This document shows, piece by piece, positions 20,276 to 29,729 of a stretch of 64,000 bases of DNA; the first letter of the stretch is position 1, and each line of letters begins with the position of its first letter. The position numbers and the translations under genes are program-made. Origin of the DNA: Paracoccaceae bacterium (lineage in GTDB: Bacteria; Pseudomonadota; Alphaproteobacteria; JAPKNN01); contig JAPKNN010000005.1 of NCBI GenBank assembly GCA_040266715.1, forward strand, positions 31,027 through 95,026, written 5' to 3'. Under the pieces are notes generated by a model, which did not search any database, was not told the DNA's origin, and saw nothing but the letters and a program-made list of their open reading frames with translations.

Positions 20276-21619
20276 TCAATTACTTTCTAGCATAGTGATG
20301 AATTCTTGTATCGCTGATTCTACTACAAGAAAATCGTCTAGCTCTACCATAATTCTTATAACAGGCTCTGTACCAGATGGACGAATAACTAAACGACCAT
20401 TATGAGCTATCATCCTTTCTATTTTCTTTTGCTTTTCTATAATTCGTTCATCTGCCAGAATAGTTTTATCCACTACTTTTATATTAAATATTTTTTGTGA
20501 AACGGGTGTAAACTTATGAATAATTTCGCTCAGAGGTTTATTCACTTTTTTAAGTATTCTTAATATTTGTATAGCGGCTAGCAACCCATCGCCCGTTGTT
20601 GATATATCATTAAAAATAATATGCCCCGATGGCTCACCTCCTAAATTTAATTTATGTTTCACCATATGTTTATGTACGTATCTATCACCAACCTGCGTAC
20701 GATATAATTTAAGAGATAAAGAGCGTAGATAATGTTCTAAACCTATGTTTGCCATGCATGTCGAAACAATTCCATCACCTTTCAATAATTGCCATTTCTT
20801 CCAATAATAAGCAAAACAAGCTAGAATTTTGTCTCCATCTATTATAGAACCCTTTTCATCTACAAAAATAACGCGATCTGCATCCCCGTCTAAAGCAATA
20901 CCTATATCAGCACGATTTTCTAAAACGGATTCTCGTAAATATTGTGGCATTGTTGAGCCACAATTTTTATTAATGTTTTCTCCATCTGGTGACGTGCCAC
21001 ACTCAATAATTTCAGCACCTAATTCCCACAATGCTTTTGGGCTTACTTTATAACCTGCCCCATTAGCGCAATCTATAACGATGCGCGTACCTGTTAATGT
21101 TATATCACTTGGTAGTGTGCGTTTAACGAACTCTAAATAGCGTTCACTTCCACTATTTAGGCGCTTGGTACGTCCTATAAACCCCTGTGAAACAAGATAA
21201 CGAGAGGTATCACATTGATGTAATAATGCTTCAATTTCTTTTTCTTTTTGCTCACTTATCTTGTACCCTTGCCCATCAAAAAATTTTATTCCATTGTCAT
21301 AAAATTGATTATGCGATGCCGTGATCATAACTCCCATATCGGCACGCATAGAAGAGGTAAGCATAGCTAATGCAGGAGTGGGAACGGGCCCAAGTTGAAA
21401 TACGTCAAGTCCAATTGCATTAAAGCCTGATGTCAGAGCTGTTTCAATCATATAACCAGATAAGCGTGTGTCTTTTGCAATTAAAACCCTTTTGGTTCCA
21501 TTTTTTTTACACAGTACCTTACCTGAAGCCATTGCTATCGCAACTACCTCCGTTGGATTGATAACGCTTTCATTAACACACCCTCTAATGCCGTCTGTTC
21601 CAAAATATGCTTTATTCAT
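20276..21619 (-). CDS. glmM: Phosphoglucosamine mutase
   Basis: YFGTDGIRG, active-site TASHNQFYDNG, GDGDADR. The longest frame starts at a TTG (21649); ATG 21619 (MNKAYFGTDGIRG) is preferred. Confidence 0.9.
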   Translation of the reverse strand: MNKAYFGTDGIRGCVNESVINPTEVVAIAMASGKVLCKKNGTKRVLIAKDTRLSGYMIETALTSGFNAIGLDVFQLGPVPTPALAMLTSSMRADMGVMITASHNQFYDNGIKFFDGQGYKISEQKEKEIEALLHQCDTSRYLVSQGFIGRTKRLNSGSERYLEFVKRTLPSDITLTGTRIVIDCANGAGYKVSPKALWELGAEIIECGTSPDGENINKNCGSTMPQYLRESVLENRADIGIALDGDADRVIFVDEKGSIIDGDKILACFAYYWKKWQLLKGDGIVSTCMANIGLEHYLRSLSLKLYRTQVGDRYVHKHMVKHKLNLGGEPSGHIIFNDISTTGDGLLAAIQILRILKKVNKPLSEIIHKFTPVSQKIFNIKVVDKTILADERIIEKQKKIERMIAHNGRLVIRPSGTEPVIRIMVELDDFLVVESAIQEFITMLESN

Positions 21620-21719
21620 GATACTATCTATAATTCCTTGTATTGACAATCATACACCCTGCATCACAATGCAGCTTTAACCATTGAAACGGCAAAAAAC
21701 ATGCCATAACATAGGAGGC

Positions 21720-22796
21720 TTATAATTCTACATTATGCAAATGATCCCACATATCAAATGCTTGTCTTATTTGCTTTACATCATGAACACGCACACAGTC
21801 AATAGCACTATGAAGCGCACTATATAAAACAGTGGCTATTGTTCCTGCAATTCTGTTTTGGGGATTTTCTTCATTTGACACATGTCCTATAAAACCTTTG
21901 CGCGAGGTTCCAATCAATATTGGACACCCTAACCCATGAAAAATAGGCAATCCTTTCAAAAGTTGTAAATTTTGAATGGGCGTTTTCCCAAAACCTATTC
22001 CAGGATCTATGATTATGCGCTTTCTATCTATTCCACATGCGACTGATTTCTCTACCATGTTTTTTAACTTATCATATACATCAAAAGTTACATGCGTGTA
22101 TGTTGTATTTTTTTGCATTAATTCAGGAATATCACTACTATGCATTAAAACAACATCAGCGTGTGATTGAACAAGAGTATCTGTGGAATCCTTATCAAAT
22201 TGTAAGCCTGAAACATCGTTGATGACTGAAGCTCCTGCGTTAATAGCTTCCTTCATTATGATCGCTTTTCTTGTGTCTACACTTAACACAGCTTTGCAAC
22301 CAGAAAGACCTTTTATGACTGGAATAACTCTTTCCCTTTCCACTGCCTCATCTACAGCTCTGGCTCCAGGGCGTGTGGACTCACCTCCGATATCCACACA
22401 ATGAGCACCTTGCTCTATAAGATTTTTAGCATGTTCAATAGCCTTTTCGGTATCGCTAAATTCACCTCCATCAGAAAAACTATCTGGAGTTGTATTAACC
22501 ACCCCCATAATTAAAGGCATGCTGTCAGATGTCTTCATCCAACTACATTTGTGCGGCTGTATTAGATTTTGCCATATATTCTGTATGGATTTATCATGTG
22601 AAAGGGCTATATCAATCACATTGTATATCTTATCTTTTTTGACGCTGCCTTCTTCGCAACGCTTCCAAACAGCGACTTTACTAAAGTACTTTTTTTTCCC
22701 AACAAGTGAAGCTATTTTTTTTTCTGATATAGCCTGCTCAACCTCATATTTTGTTATATGATGATAGGATAATGGTTGTAAATAAAGCTGAACCAT
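21720..22796 (-). CDS. folP: Dihydropteroate synthase with an unusually long N-terminal extension
   Basis: Pterin-binding core (GVVNTTPDSFSDGG, DIGGESTRPG, GIGFGK). About 65-85 extra N-terminal residues stay open in frame up to ATG 22796. Confidence 0.85.
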   Translation of the reverse strand: MVQLYLQPLSYHHITKYEVEQAISEKKIASLVGKKKYFSKVAVWKRCEEGSVKKDKIYNVIDIALSHDKSIQNIWQNLIQPHKCSWMKTSDSMPLIMGVVNTTPDSFSDGGEFSDTEKAIEHAKNLIEQGAHCVDIGGESTRPGARAVDEAVERERVIPVIKGLSGCKAVLSVDTRKAIIMKEAINAGASVINDVSGLQFDKDSTDTLVQSHADVVLMHSSDIPELMQKNTTYTHVTFDVYDKLKNMVEKSVACGIDRKRIIIDPGIGFGKTPIQNLQLLKGLPIFHGLGCPILIGTSRKGFIGHVSNEENPQNRIAGTIATVLYSALHSAIDCVRVHDVKQIRQAFDMWDHLHNVEL

Positions 22797-22825
22797 AACA
22801 TTAACAATAATGTGATATTTTTATC

Positions 22826-23875
22826 CTACATTTCTGACATGTTTTTGGGTATTAACAACCGACGATTTACGATTGTTTCGGCTATTTGAACCGTATTTAA
22901 AGAGGCCCCTTTTCGTAAATTATCCGATACAATCCATAAATTCAACCCATGCTCAACCGTTTTGTCTTCACGCACTCTACTAATGTAAGTTGCATATTCC
23001 CCTACACATTCTATAGGCGTAATATATTGATTATCCTCTACTTTATCAACCAACATACAACCTGGTGCTGAACGTAAGATATCGGATGCTTTTTTAGCTG
23101 ATATCGGATGATCAAAACTAATGTTAACTGCTTCTGCATGCCCTACAAAAACAGGAACCCTTACGGCCGTAGATGTAACCTTGATGTTTTTATCCAGTAT
23201 TTTTTTTGTTTCAACTTCAATTTTCCATTCCTCTTTCGTATCTCCACCTTCTATAAAGCTATCTATGTGTGGTATTACATTAAATGCAATCTGCTTTGTA
23301 AAAAATTTCGATTTTTTAGTATTATTCATGTAAACACTACGTGTTTGTTCGAATAATTCATCTGTTGCGACTTTACCTGCACCCGAAACCGATTGATAGG
23401 TTGCCACAACAATACGATTAATTTTTGCCTCATCATGCAAGGGTTTCAAAGCAACGACGAGTTGAGCTGTTGAGCAGTTAGGATTTGCAACAATATTCAA
23501 ACGATTATCTTTTTTCATATATTCCTCTAAAACATGTGCATTAACCTCTGGCACAATAAGAGGAACATCTTGATGCATTCTAAAATAAGACGCGTTATCA
23601 ATAACAATAACTCCCTGTTCAGCTATTTTACGTGCCCACAATTTAGATATTTCACTACCAGCCGACATTAAAACAAAATCAACTTCCTTAAAATCGGTAT
23701 TTTCAAGGCTTTGACATTTTAAGACCATATCCCCATAGAATACTTCTGTTCCTACACTTCTGCTTGAACCTATGGCAATGACTTTCTTGGCAGGAAAATC
23801 CCTTTCATGAAGAATATTAAGCATCTCACGACCAACATTACCCGTAGCTCCTATAACAGCAATAACATACTCCAC
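22826..23875 (-). CDS. asd: Aspartate-semialdehyde dehydrogenase
   Basis: IAVIGATGNVG Rossmann motif, NPNCST active-site Cys, SGAGK. Confidence 0.9.
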   Translation of the reverse strand: MEYVIAVIGATGNVGREMLNILHERDFPAKKVIAIGSSRSVGTEVFYGDMVLKCQSLENTDFKEVDFVLMSAGSEISKLWARKIAEQGVIVIDNASYFRMHQDVPLIVPEVNAHVLEEYMKKDNRLNIVANPNCSTAQLVVALKPLHDEAKINRIVVATYQSVSGAGKVATDELFEQTRSVYMNNTKKSKFFTKQIAFNVIPHIDSFIEGGDTKEEWKIEVETKKILDKNIKVTSTAVRVPVFVGHAEAVNISFDHPISAKKASDILRSAPGCMLVDKVEDNQYITPIECVGEYATYISRVREDKTVEHGLNLWIVSDNLRKGASLNTVQIAETIVNRRLLIPKNMSEM

Positions 23876-23877
23876 GA

Positions 23878-24984
23878 CTATGCCTCTATTCTATCAAGCT
23901 TTTCTATTAAGATTTCTCCTACTTCTTTAGTAGACACCGTCTTTTCTCCAGCGTTGGCTATATCTGCTGTTCTTACTCCTTCCTCAAGCATCTCAGCAAT
24001 ACAATTTTCTATCAAATCGGCGATTTGTATCATATTAAAAGAATATCTCAGCGCCATAGTAAAAGATAGAATTGTAGCCAGAGGATTGACAATATTCATC
24101 CCTGCTATATCAGGTGCTGATCCATGCACAGGCTCATACATAGCAGGTATTTTACCACATTCTTGCTCAGCACCTAATGAAGCCGATGGCAACATACCTA
24201 GCGACCCCGTTAACATAGAAGCAATATCGGATAAAATATCGCCAAATAAATTGTCGGTAAGAATGACATCAAACTGTTTTGGGTTACGAACAAGCTGCAT
24301 TGCACAATTATCTGCAAGCATGTGACTTAACTGAACATCCGTATACTGTTCCTGATGCAAGGCAATGACTTCTTCATACCACAATAGGCCACTTTCCATG
24401 ACGTTTCTTTTTTCTACGGAGCATACGCGCCCGCCTCTTTTGCGTGCAAGTGTAAATGCCTGATGTGCTATACGTTGAATTTCATAGGTATCATAAATTT
24501 GAGTATTTATACCTCGCCTTTGGCCATTTCCTAAATCTGTTATACCGCGAGGCTTGCCAAAATATACGCCTCCTGTTAATTCTCTTACGATAAGAATATC
24601 TAAACCCTCAATAATATTTCGTTTTAAACTTGAGGAATCTGCAAGTGCTTTAAAACACAATGCAGGGCGTAAATTTGCAAATAATCCCAATTCTTTACGT
24701 AATCGCAATAATGCTGCCTCAGGTCTCTTGTCATACTCGACGCCTTCCCATTTCGGGCCCCCTACACATCCCAATAGAACGGCATCCGCTTGTTGTGCCT
24801 TTTCCATAGTTGAATCCAAAATTGCGCAACCATGTGCATCATAGCAACACCCACCGACCAATTCTTTTTCATACGTTAGTGACATCTTCCCCTTACTATT
24901 GAGCCAATCTATTAAACGTATAACCTCAGCTACAACCTCTTCACCAACACCATCTCCTGGTAAAATTAGCATATGTTTATTCAT
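23878..24984 (-). CDS. leuB: 3-isopropylmalate dehydrogenase
   Basis: [27 protein letters not shown] motifs. A 2-nt gap to asd suggests an operon. Confidence 0.92.
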   Translation of the reverse strand: MNKHMLILPGDGVGEEVVAEVIRLIDWLNSKGKMSLTYEKELVGGCCYDAHGCAILDSTMEKAQQADAVLLGCVGGPKWEGVEYDKRPEAALLRLRKELGLFANLRPALCFKALADSSSLKRNIIEGLDILIVRELTGGVYFGKPRGITDLGNGQRRGINTQIYDTYEIQRIAHQAFTLARKRGGRVCSVEKRNVMESGLLWYEEVIALHQEQYTDVQLSHMLADNCAMQLVRNPKQFDVILTDNLFGDILSDIASMLTGSLGMLPSASLGAEQECGKIPAMYEPVHGSAPDIAGMNIVNPLATILSFTMALRYSFNMIQIADLIENCIAEMLEEGVRTADIANAGEKTVSTKEVGEILIEKLDRIEA

Positions 24985-25026
24985 AAAATATCCTATTCAA
25001 TGCTTCCAATACATTCCTTATAAAGG

Positions 25027-25626
25027 TTAAATCCAACCCTTGTTAGCTATCTTTTTTTCAAATTCTGCAATAACATCAGCTTGACGCAAAGTTTGCCCTA
25101 TATCATCTAGCCCTTCTAAGAGAGCCTTTTTTCTATTATCCTCTATCTCAAAATTATAGCGCTTGTTTGCAACAAGAACAGACTGATCAGGAAGTGAAAC
25201 ATGCATTTGACTGAGATTGGTATCATCTATTATTTGCATAATCTCTAATACATCTTCACGAGGAAGGGCAATAGGTAGCATACCATTTTGAAAACAATTA
25301 TTGTAAAAAATATCTGCAAAAGAAGGAGCCACAATCACCTTAATACCAAAATCTTTCAATGCCCATGGTGCATGTTCACGACTAGAACCGCAGCCGAAAT
25401 TATCATCCGTTACAAGTATGCTGGCCTGTCTATAGGCTTGTTTATTCAAAACAAAATCCACTATCTCATTTCCATCATCATCAAAGCGCATCTCATCAAA
25501 CAAATGCTTACCTAAGCCTGTTCGTTTTATGGTTTTTAAAAATTGCTTTGGTATAATCATGTCGGTATCAACATTAATCATAGGCAGTGGTGCCGCAACA
25601 CCCGATACTGTTTCTAACTTTTCCAT
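25027..25626 (-). CDS. leuD: 3-isopropylmalate dehydratase small subunit
   Basis: GCGSSREHAPWAL motif. ATG 25626 (MEKLETVSG) follows GGAG at 7-nt spacing and is preferred over 25665. Confidence 0.9.
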   Translation of the reverse strand: MEKLETVSGVAAPLPMINVDTDMIIPKQFLKTIKRTGLGKHLFDEMRFDDDGNEIVDFVLNKQAYRQASILVTDDNFGCGSSREHAPWALKDFGIKVIVAPSFADIFYNNCFQNGMLPIALPREDVLEIMQIIDDTNLSQMHVSLPDQSVLVANKRYNFEIEDNRKKALLEGLDDIGQTLRQADVIAEFEKKIANKGWI

Positions 25627-25665
25627 TGTTATTCTCCATTTTATACTATTGTATAATTTATACAA

Positions 25666-25932
25666 TCAACGGTATTGCATCAGGGTTATTATCTCATAGA
25701 TAAGATACATGACAAATAAAAATCCTAAACCCCTACCTATTTTTTTGCCCCAATACTCAACTTTATCTTCGTCATTTTTTACATTACGCGAAAAATCTTG
25801 CCCGCTATATCCTGTAATTGCATCACTGTTATTTGCGAGTTTTTGCAGCTCACTCTTTGCTTGCATCTCTATCTTTTTTGCGTCTTTTCTTTTTTGCATA
25901 GTGAAAGGCAGTAATCCTTGCTTAGCAATCAT
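25666..25932 (-). CDS. Small hypothetical tail-anchored membrane protein between leuC and leuD
   Basis: 88-aa ORF with a basic N-terminal half and a single C-terminal TM helix (GLGFLFVMYLIYEIITLM). It starts 10 nt after the leuC stop with no obvious SD. Confidence 0.45.
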   Translation of the reverse strand: MIAKQGLLPFTMQKRKDAKKIEMQAKSELQKLANNSDAITGYSGQDFSRNVKNDEDKVEYWGKKIGRGLGFLFVMYLIYEIITLMQYR

Positions 25933-25941
25933 TAATAAGGT

Positions 25942-27354
25942 TTATCTGTAATTCCAATGTCTTACATCAAAAAAGTGTCCTTTAATAGCAGCAACAGCGG
26001 CCATAGCAGGAGAAACAAGATGCGTTCTTCCTCCACGCCCTTGTCGTCCTTCAAAATTTCTATTTGACGTTGAAGCACATCTCTCACCGGGTTGCAACCT
26101 ATCCGCATTCATAGCCAAACACATGGAACAACCAGGTTCGCGCCAGTCAAACCCTGCCTTTTTGAATATGGTATGGAGATCTTCTGCCTCAGCTTGTGCT
26201 TTAACAAGGCCTGAGCCAGGAACAATCATCGCTTTGACATTAGGATTTACATTGTAGCCATCAACAATCTTAGCAACAACACGCAAATCCTCTATACGTG
26301 CATTTGTACATGAGCCTATAAACACTTTATCAATGGGAATATCTTTAATTGGTGTTCCTGGTACAAGTCCCATATATTCAATTGCTCTTTTTAGATATTG
26401 TTTTTCTGCCTCGTCCTCAACATCATCAATAATTGGTACAACACCATCAATATCTACGACTTCTTGTGGGCTTGTGCCCCAAGTAACCAACGGAGATAAA
26501 TTTTCTACGTCAATTTCCACCTCTTTATCAAAAACAGCATTGTCATCTGTATAGAGTGTTTTCCAATAGGAAAGAGCCTCATCCCACATATCTTTAGGCG
26601 CCTTGGGGCGTCCTTTTATAAAATCAAATGTTGTGCTATCTGGTGCAATAAGACCTGCACGTGCGCCAGCCTCTATGGACATATTACAAATTGTCATTCT
26701 GCCTTCCATAGATAATGCTTCTATTGCGTTACCAGCATATTCCACAACATAACCAGTTCCACCTGCGGTACCAATTTTTCCAATTATTGCAAGTATAATA
26801 TCCTTTGCGCTGACATCTTTGGAAATTTTTCCTTTAACATTGATGCGCATATTCTTAGATTTTTTTTGCTTAAGTGTTTGTGTTGCTAATACATGCTCAA
26901 CTTCTGATGTTCCAATACCATGTGCCAAAGCACCAAAGGCTCCATGTGTTGACGTATGACTATCACCACATACAATTGTCATACCTGGCAATGTAAAACC
27001 CTGTTCTGGGCCAACAATATGCACTATACCCTGTCTTTTATCATCTGTATTGTAACATTCTATTCCAAAATGTTGGCAATTATCAATAAGTGTTTTGACT
27101 TGCAATGCCGATTCTGGGTCTTTAATACCATTCAGACGATCTGAAGATGTCGGCACATTATGGTCTGCCACCGCCAATGTTCTATGCGGTGCCCTTACCT
27201 TGCGGTTCTCCAACCTTAATCCCTCAAACGCTTGAGGGCTCGTTACTTCATGTACCAGATGCCTATCAATATATAGTAAACACGTTCCATCTTGGTATTG
27301 ATTTACTATATGTTCATTCCATATTTTATCGTATAAAGTATATGATTTCATCAT
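25942..27354 (-). CDS. leuC: 3-isopropylmalate dehydratase large subunit
   Basis: 470-aa aconitase-family ORF with [26 protein letters not shown] motifs. Confidence 0.92.
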   Translation of the reverse strand: MMKSYTLYDKIWNEHIVNQYQDGTCLLYIDRHLVHEVTSPQAFEGLRLENRKVRAPHRTLAVADHNVPTSSDRLNGIKDPESALQVKTLIDNCQHFGIECYNTDDKRQGIVHIVGPEQGFTLPGMTIVCGDSHTSTHGAFGALAHGIGTSEVEHVLATQTLKQKKSKNMRINVKGKISKDVSAKDIILAIIGKIGTAGGTGYVVEYAGNAIEALSMEGRMTICNMSIEAGARAGLIAPDSTTFDFIKGRPKAPKDMWDEALSYWKTLYTDDNAVFDKEVEIDVENLSPLVTWGTSPQEVVDIDGVVPIIDDVEDEAEKQYLKRAIEYMGLVPGTPIKDIPIDKVFIGSCTNARIEDLRVVAKIVDGYNVNPNVKAMIVPGSGLVKAQAEAEDLHTIFKKAGFDWREPGCSMCLAMNADRLQPGERCASTSNRNFEGRQGRGGRTHLVSPAMAAVAAIKGHFFDVRHWNYR

Positions 27355-27586
27355 AAGAACCCTGACCTTAATTTATTTTATCTATAACAGCGCGATGATA
27401 TACACATCATCCATAATCCTAACCACTATACAGCTTACTTAACCAGATTATCTGCATATATTTTCTAAAAGATTTATAAAAATCAAAATTTTTTTAATAT
27501 GTTTTTTTAAAAATTATACATACAACTTTAGATTGTTGTAAAATATGCACCTTCTACACCACTAATTTTGCTAAAATCAAGAAAAA

Positions 27587-27961
27587 TTATTTGTGTGTAA
27601 CTGGACGCTTCTTTTCTGTAATCCTTGCCGCTTTACCACGCAGTTCACGTAGATAGTAGAGCTTTGCACGTCTAACAGCACCGTGCCTTACAACCTCTAT
27701 TTTACTTATGGTTGGACTGTACAAAGGAAATATTCTTTCCACGCCTTCTCCAAAAGATATTTTACGCACTGTAAAGCTTTTGTTTATTCCTTTGCCACCC
27801 CTCGCTATACAGACTCCTTCAAAAATCTGAATTCTTTCTTTGGTTCCCTCAATAACGCGCACACTTACTTTGACGGTATCTCCTGGGTAAAAATCGGGAA
27901 CAACCTTATCATTCATAAGGCGTTGTATTTCTTCTTGTTCTAATTGTTCAATAATATTCAT
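27587..27961 (-). CDS. rplS: 50S ribosomal protein L19
   Basis: 124-aa ORF with [30 protein letters not shown]. It is not preceded by trmD/rimM/rpsP here. Confidence 0.92.
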   Translation of the reverse strand: MNIIEQLEQEEIQRLMNDKVVPDFYPGDTVKVSVRVIEGTKERIQIFEGVCIARGGKGINKSFTVRKISFGEGVERIFPLYSPTISKIEVVRHGAVRRAKLYYLRELRGKAARITEKKRPVTHK

Positions 27962-27983
27962 AGTGTTTGCCTAGTGTTTGCCT
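27962..27983. repeat. Perfect 2 x 11-nt tandem duplication abutting the rplS start codon
   Basis: Minus strand reads AGGCAAACACT AGGCAAACACT ATG. Plus strand is agtgtttgcct x2 at 27962-27972 and 27973-27983. Confidence 0.9.
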
Positions 27984-28139
27984 GTTTTTTCTAAAATGTT
28001 ATCACTAACACCCACAATCCATCCTCATACTGTTTATTTTACCTTACACATCACACATATTAACAGGTATATGAAAATCTGATAATGAGCTTCCTACAAA
28101 TTAGGCAACACAATATCTCATCCCATTTCAGTGGGTAAC

Positions 28140-28808
28140 TCACATTCTATCGCCAAAAATCACTCTTCCCAGACGAATATGCGTTGCTCCCATAAATATA
28201 GCATCTTCATAATCCGCACTCATCCCCATACTAAGCATAGAAAGACCTGCCTCTTGTGATAATTTCTGTAATAAGGCAAAATGTAAACGAGAATCCTGAT
28301 TTACAGGTGGTATACACATAAAACCTACGATATGCAAGAAAAAGTTTTCAATACAATATTTTGCAAAAGCAACCGCTTCACCTAAAGGAAGTCCTGCCTT
28401 TTGTTTCTCATTTCCTGTGTTTACCTGTATGAATAGCCGCGGTTGTGTGTGTTCCTCTTTACTAATACGTGCAATACGTTCAGCAAGTTTAAGACTATCT
28501 AAAGTATGTATCACATCAAAAAGGCGTAGCGCTTGCCGGACTTTATTCGTCTGCAGCGGCCCCAGCAAATGTAGCTCAATATCAACATAATTTTCTTTTA
28601 AAATAGGCCATTTACCATAAGCCTCCTGCACACGATTTTCTCCAAAAACACGTTGCCCTTCATCCAAAAATGGCTTTATTGCTTCCGCATCAAAATTTTT
28701 ACTTACGGCTATCAAATTGACATCATCTGTTGCGCGATGAGCTCTACGGCATATATCACTAATATTTTCTTTAGTAATACGAAATTGCTTTATACTATTG
28801 TGTTGCAT
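28140..28808 (-). CDS. yggS: PLP homeostasis protein, YggS family
   Basis: 222-aa alanine-racemase-N-fold ORF (LIAVSKNF with the PLP lysine, GENRVQE, HLLGPLQTNK, LSMGMSADY). Confidence 0.85.
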   Translation of the reverse strand: MQHNSIKQFRITKENISDICRRAHRATDDVNLIAVSKNFDAEAIKPFLDEGQRVFGENRVQEAYGKWPILKENYVDIELHLLGPLQTNKVRQALRLFDVIHTLDSLKLAERIARISKEEHTQPRLFIQVNTGNEKQKAGLPLGEAVAFAKYCIENFFLHIVGFMCIPPVNQDSRLHFALLQKLSQEAGLSMLSMGMSADYEDAIFMGATHIRLGRVIFGDRM

Positions 28809-28852
28809 AATGTAATATTGCCCTTTATTGGTGTGGACAAATGAAATAGGGA

Positions 28853-29698
28853 TTACGGTAAATAGCCAAAACGTTTCATCTGAACGTTATGAACCTCAAC
28901 AATTTTATCAATTTGTTTTTTGCTTAACTCTGTTTCCCATTGCCCTTTTATTCCTTTTCTAAAAAAATTTTTAACATATTCTGGGCGCTCACTGAAACCT
29001 TGTACCTGCTCCTTTTGCTGTAACTTTCTAAACGAAACATTATCTACTGCCTGCCGTAAAATTTTTTTAGGAGCCTTTAATTGTAAAAAACGCACAAGAG
29101 ATGAAAAGCTTTTTAGTGGATTTTCAAGCATGTCTTCATAACGCATACACATGAGAAAATTTGGCAATTCCTGTTTCGTCCAACTAAAGACGTGATTTGA
29201 CCAATCCGTTGTTTTTTCAAACACCAATTTTTCATATGTAGGTGTTTGTGCATTTGGATTATTCATAATGTCTATTGTTTTATCAATACTTACATTGAGA
29301 TGATGAGACCATGATAGTGCCACATCCAAAGGGTTCCTCACGATATATAAAGCACCACGCATATATTTTTCGTTAAAAATTGGATGCCCATATGCCTCAC
29401 CTAAATAACTATGCGTTTTCATAAACAAAAGAGAATCCGTTGAATTCGCGATCTTCTCTTGCACATCGCGTCGATACTGTGCGATCATCTTGTCATCGCC
29501 TGATGTAAGTTCTTTTCCATGAAAATTACTATGAAAACGTGTATGAGCTTCCGACGCTGTAAAAGAATATACAAAATTAAAATCTACACCTTGTGAAATA
29601 TCTCTGCCTTGTAAACCCGCAATAAAATTACTTAAAAAAGCCCGCACCCATGTGTTCCCAGATTTGGGATAAGATGCTAACCAAAAAAAACCACCCAT
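28853..29698 (-). CDS. PAPS-dependent sulfotransferase, cytosolic SULT-like (Sulfotransfer_1-type)
   Basis: 281-aa ORF with the 5'-PSB loop YPKSGNTW, a catalytic-His context FMKTHS, RNPLDVALS, YEDM, and the 3'-PB motif FRKGIKGQW. Confidence 0.75.
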   Translation of the reverse strand: MGGFFWLASYPKSGNTWVRAFLSNFIAGLQGRDISQGVDFNFVYSFTASEAHTRFHSNFHGKELTSGDDKMIAQYRRDVQEKIANSTDSLLFMKTHSYLGEAYGHPIFNEKYMRGALYIVRNPLDVALSWSHHLNVSIDKTIDIMNNPNAQTPTYEKLVFEKTTDWSNHVFSWTKQELPNFLMCMRYEDMLENPLKSFSSLVRFLQLKAPKKILRQAVDNVSFRKLQQKEQVQGFSERPEYVKNFFRKGIKGQWETELSKKQIDKIVEVHNVQMKRFGYLP

Positions 29699-29729
29699 TC
29701 TACCTCCTTCTATTATATCTTATAGTTAT

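Noticed and set aside
23807-24325. 172-aa plus-strand ORF antisense to leuB. Similar long antisense ORFs occur at 5292..5657 in tpiA, 61062..61400 in pntA and 55977..56300 in yeeE.
   Set aside because: These lie entirely inside well-supported genes on the other strand. They have low-complexity Ser/Ile/Cys-rich translations and no SD or start context. This is typical shadow-frame behaviour of the relatively GC-richer coding regions.
27382-27414. Mini-ORF MDDVYIIALL (AGGA-preceded) upstream of leuC, considered as a leucine attenuation leader peptide.
   Set aside because: It has only two Leu codons. It ends 27 nt before the leuC ATG, with no room for a terminator/antiterminator pair, and the GATGAT/ATCATC hairpin lies inside the mini-ORF itself.
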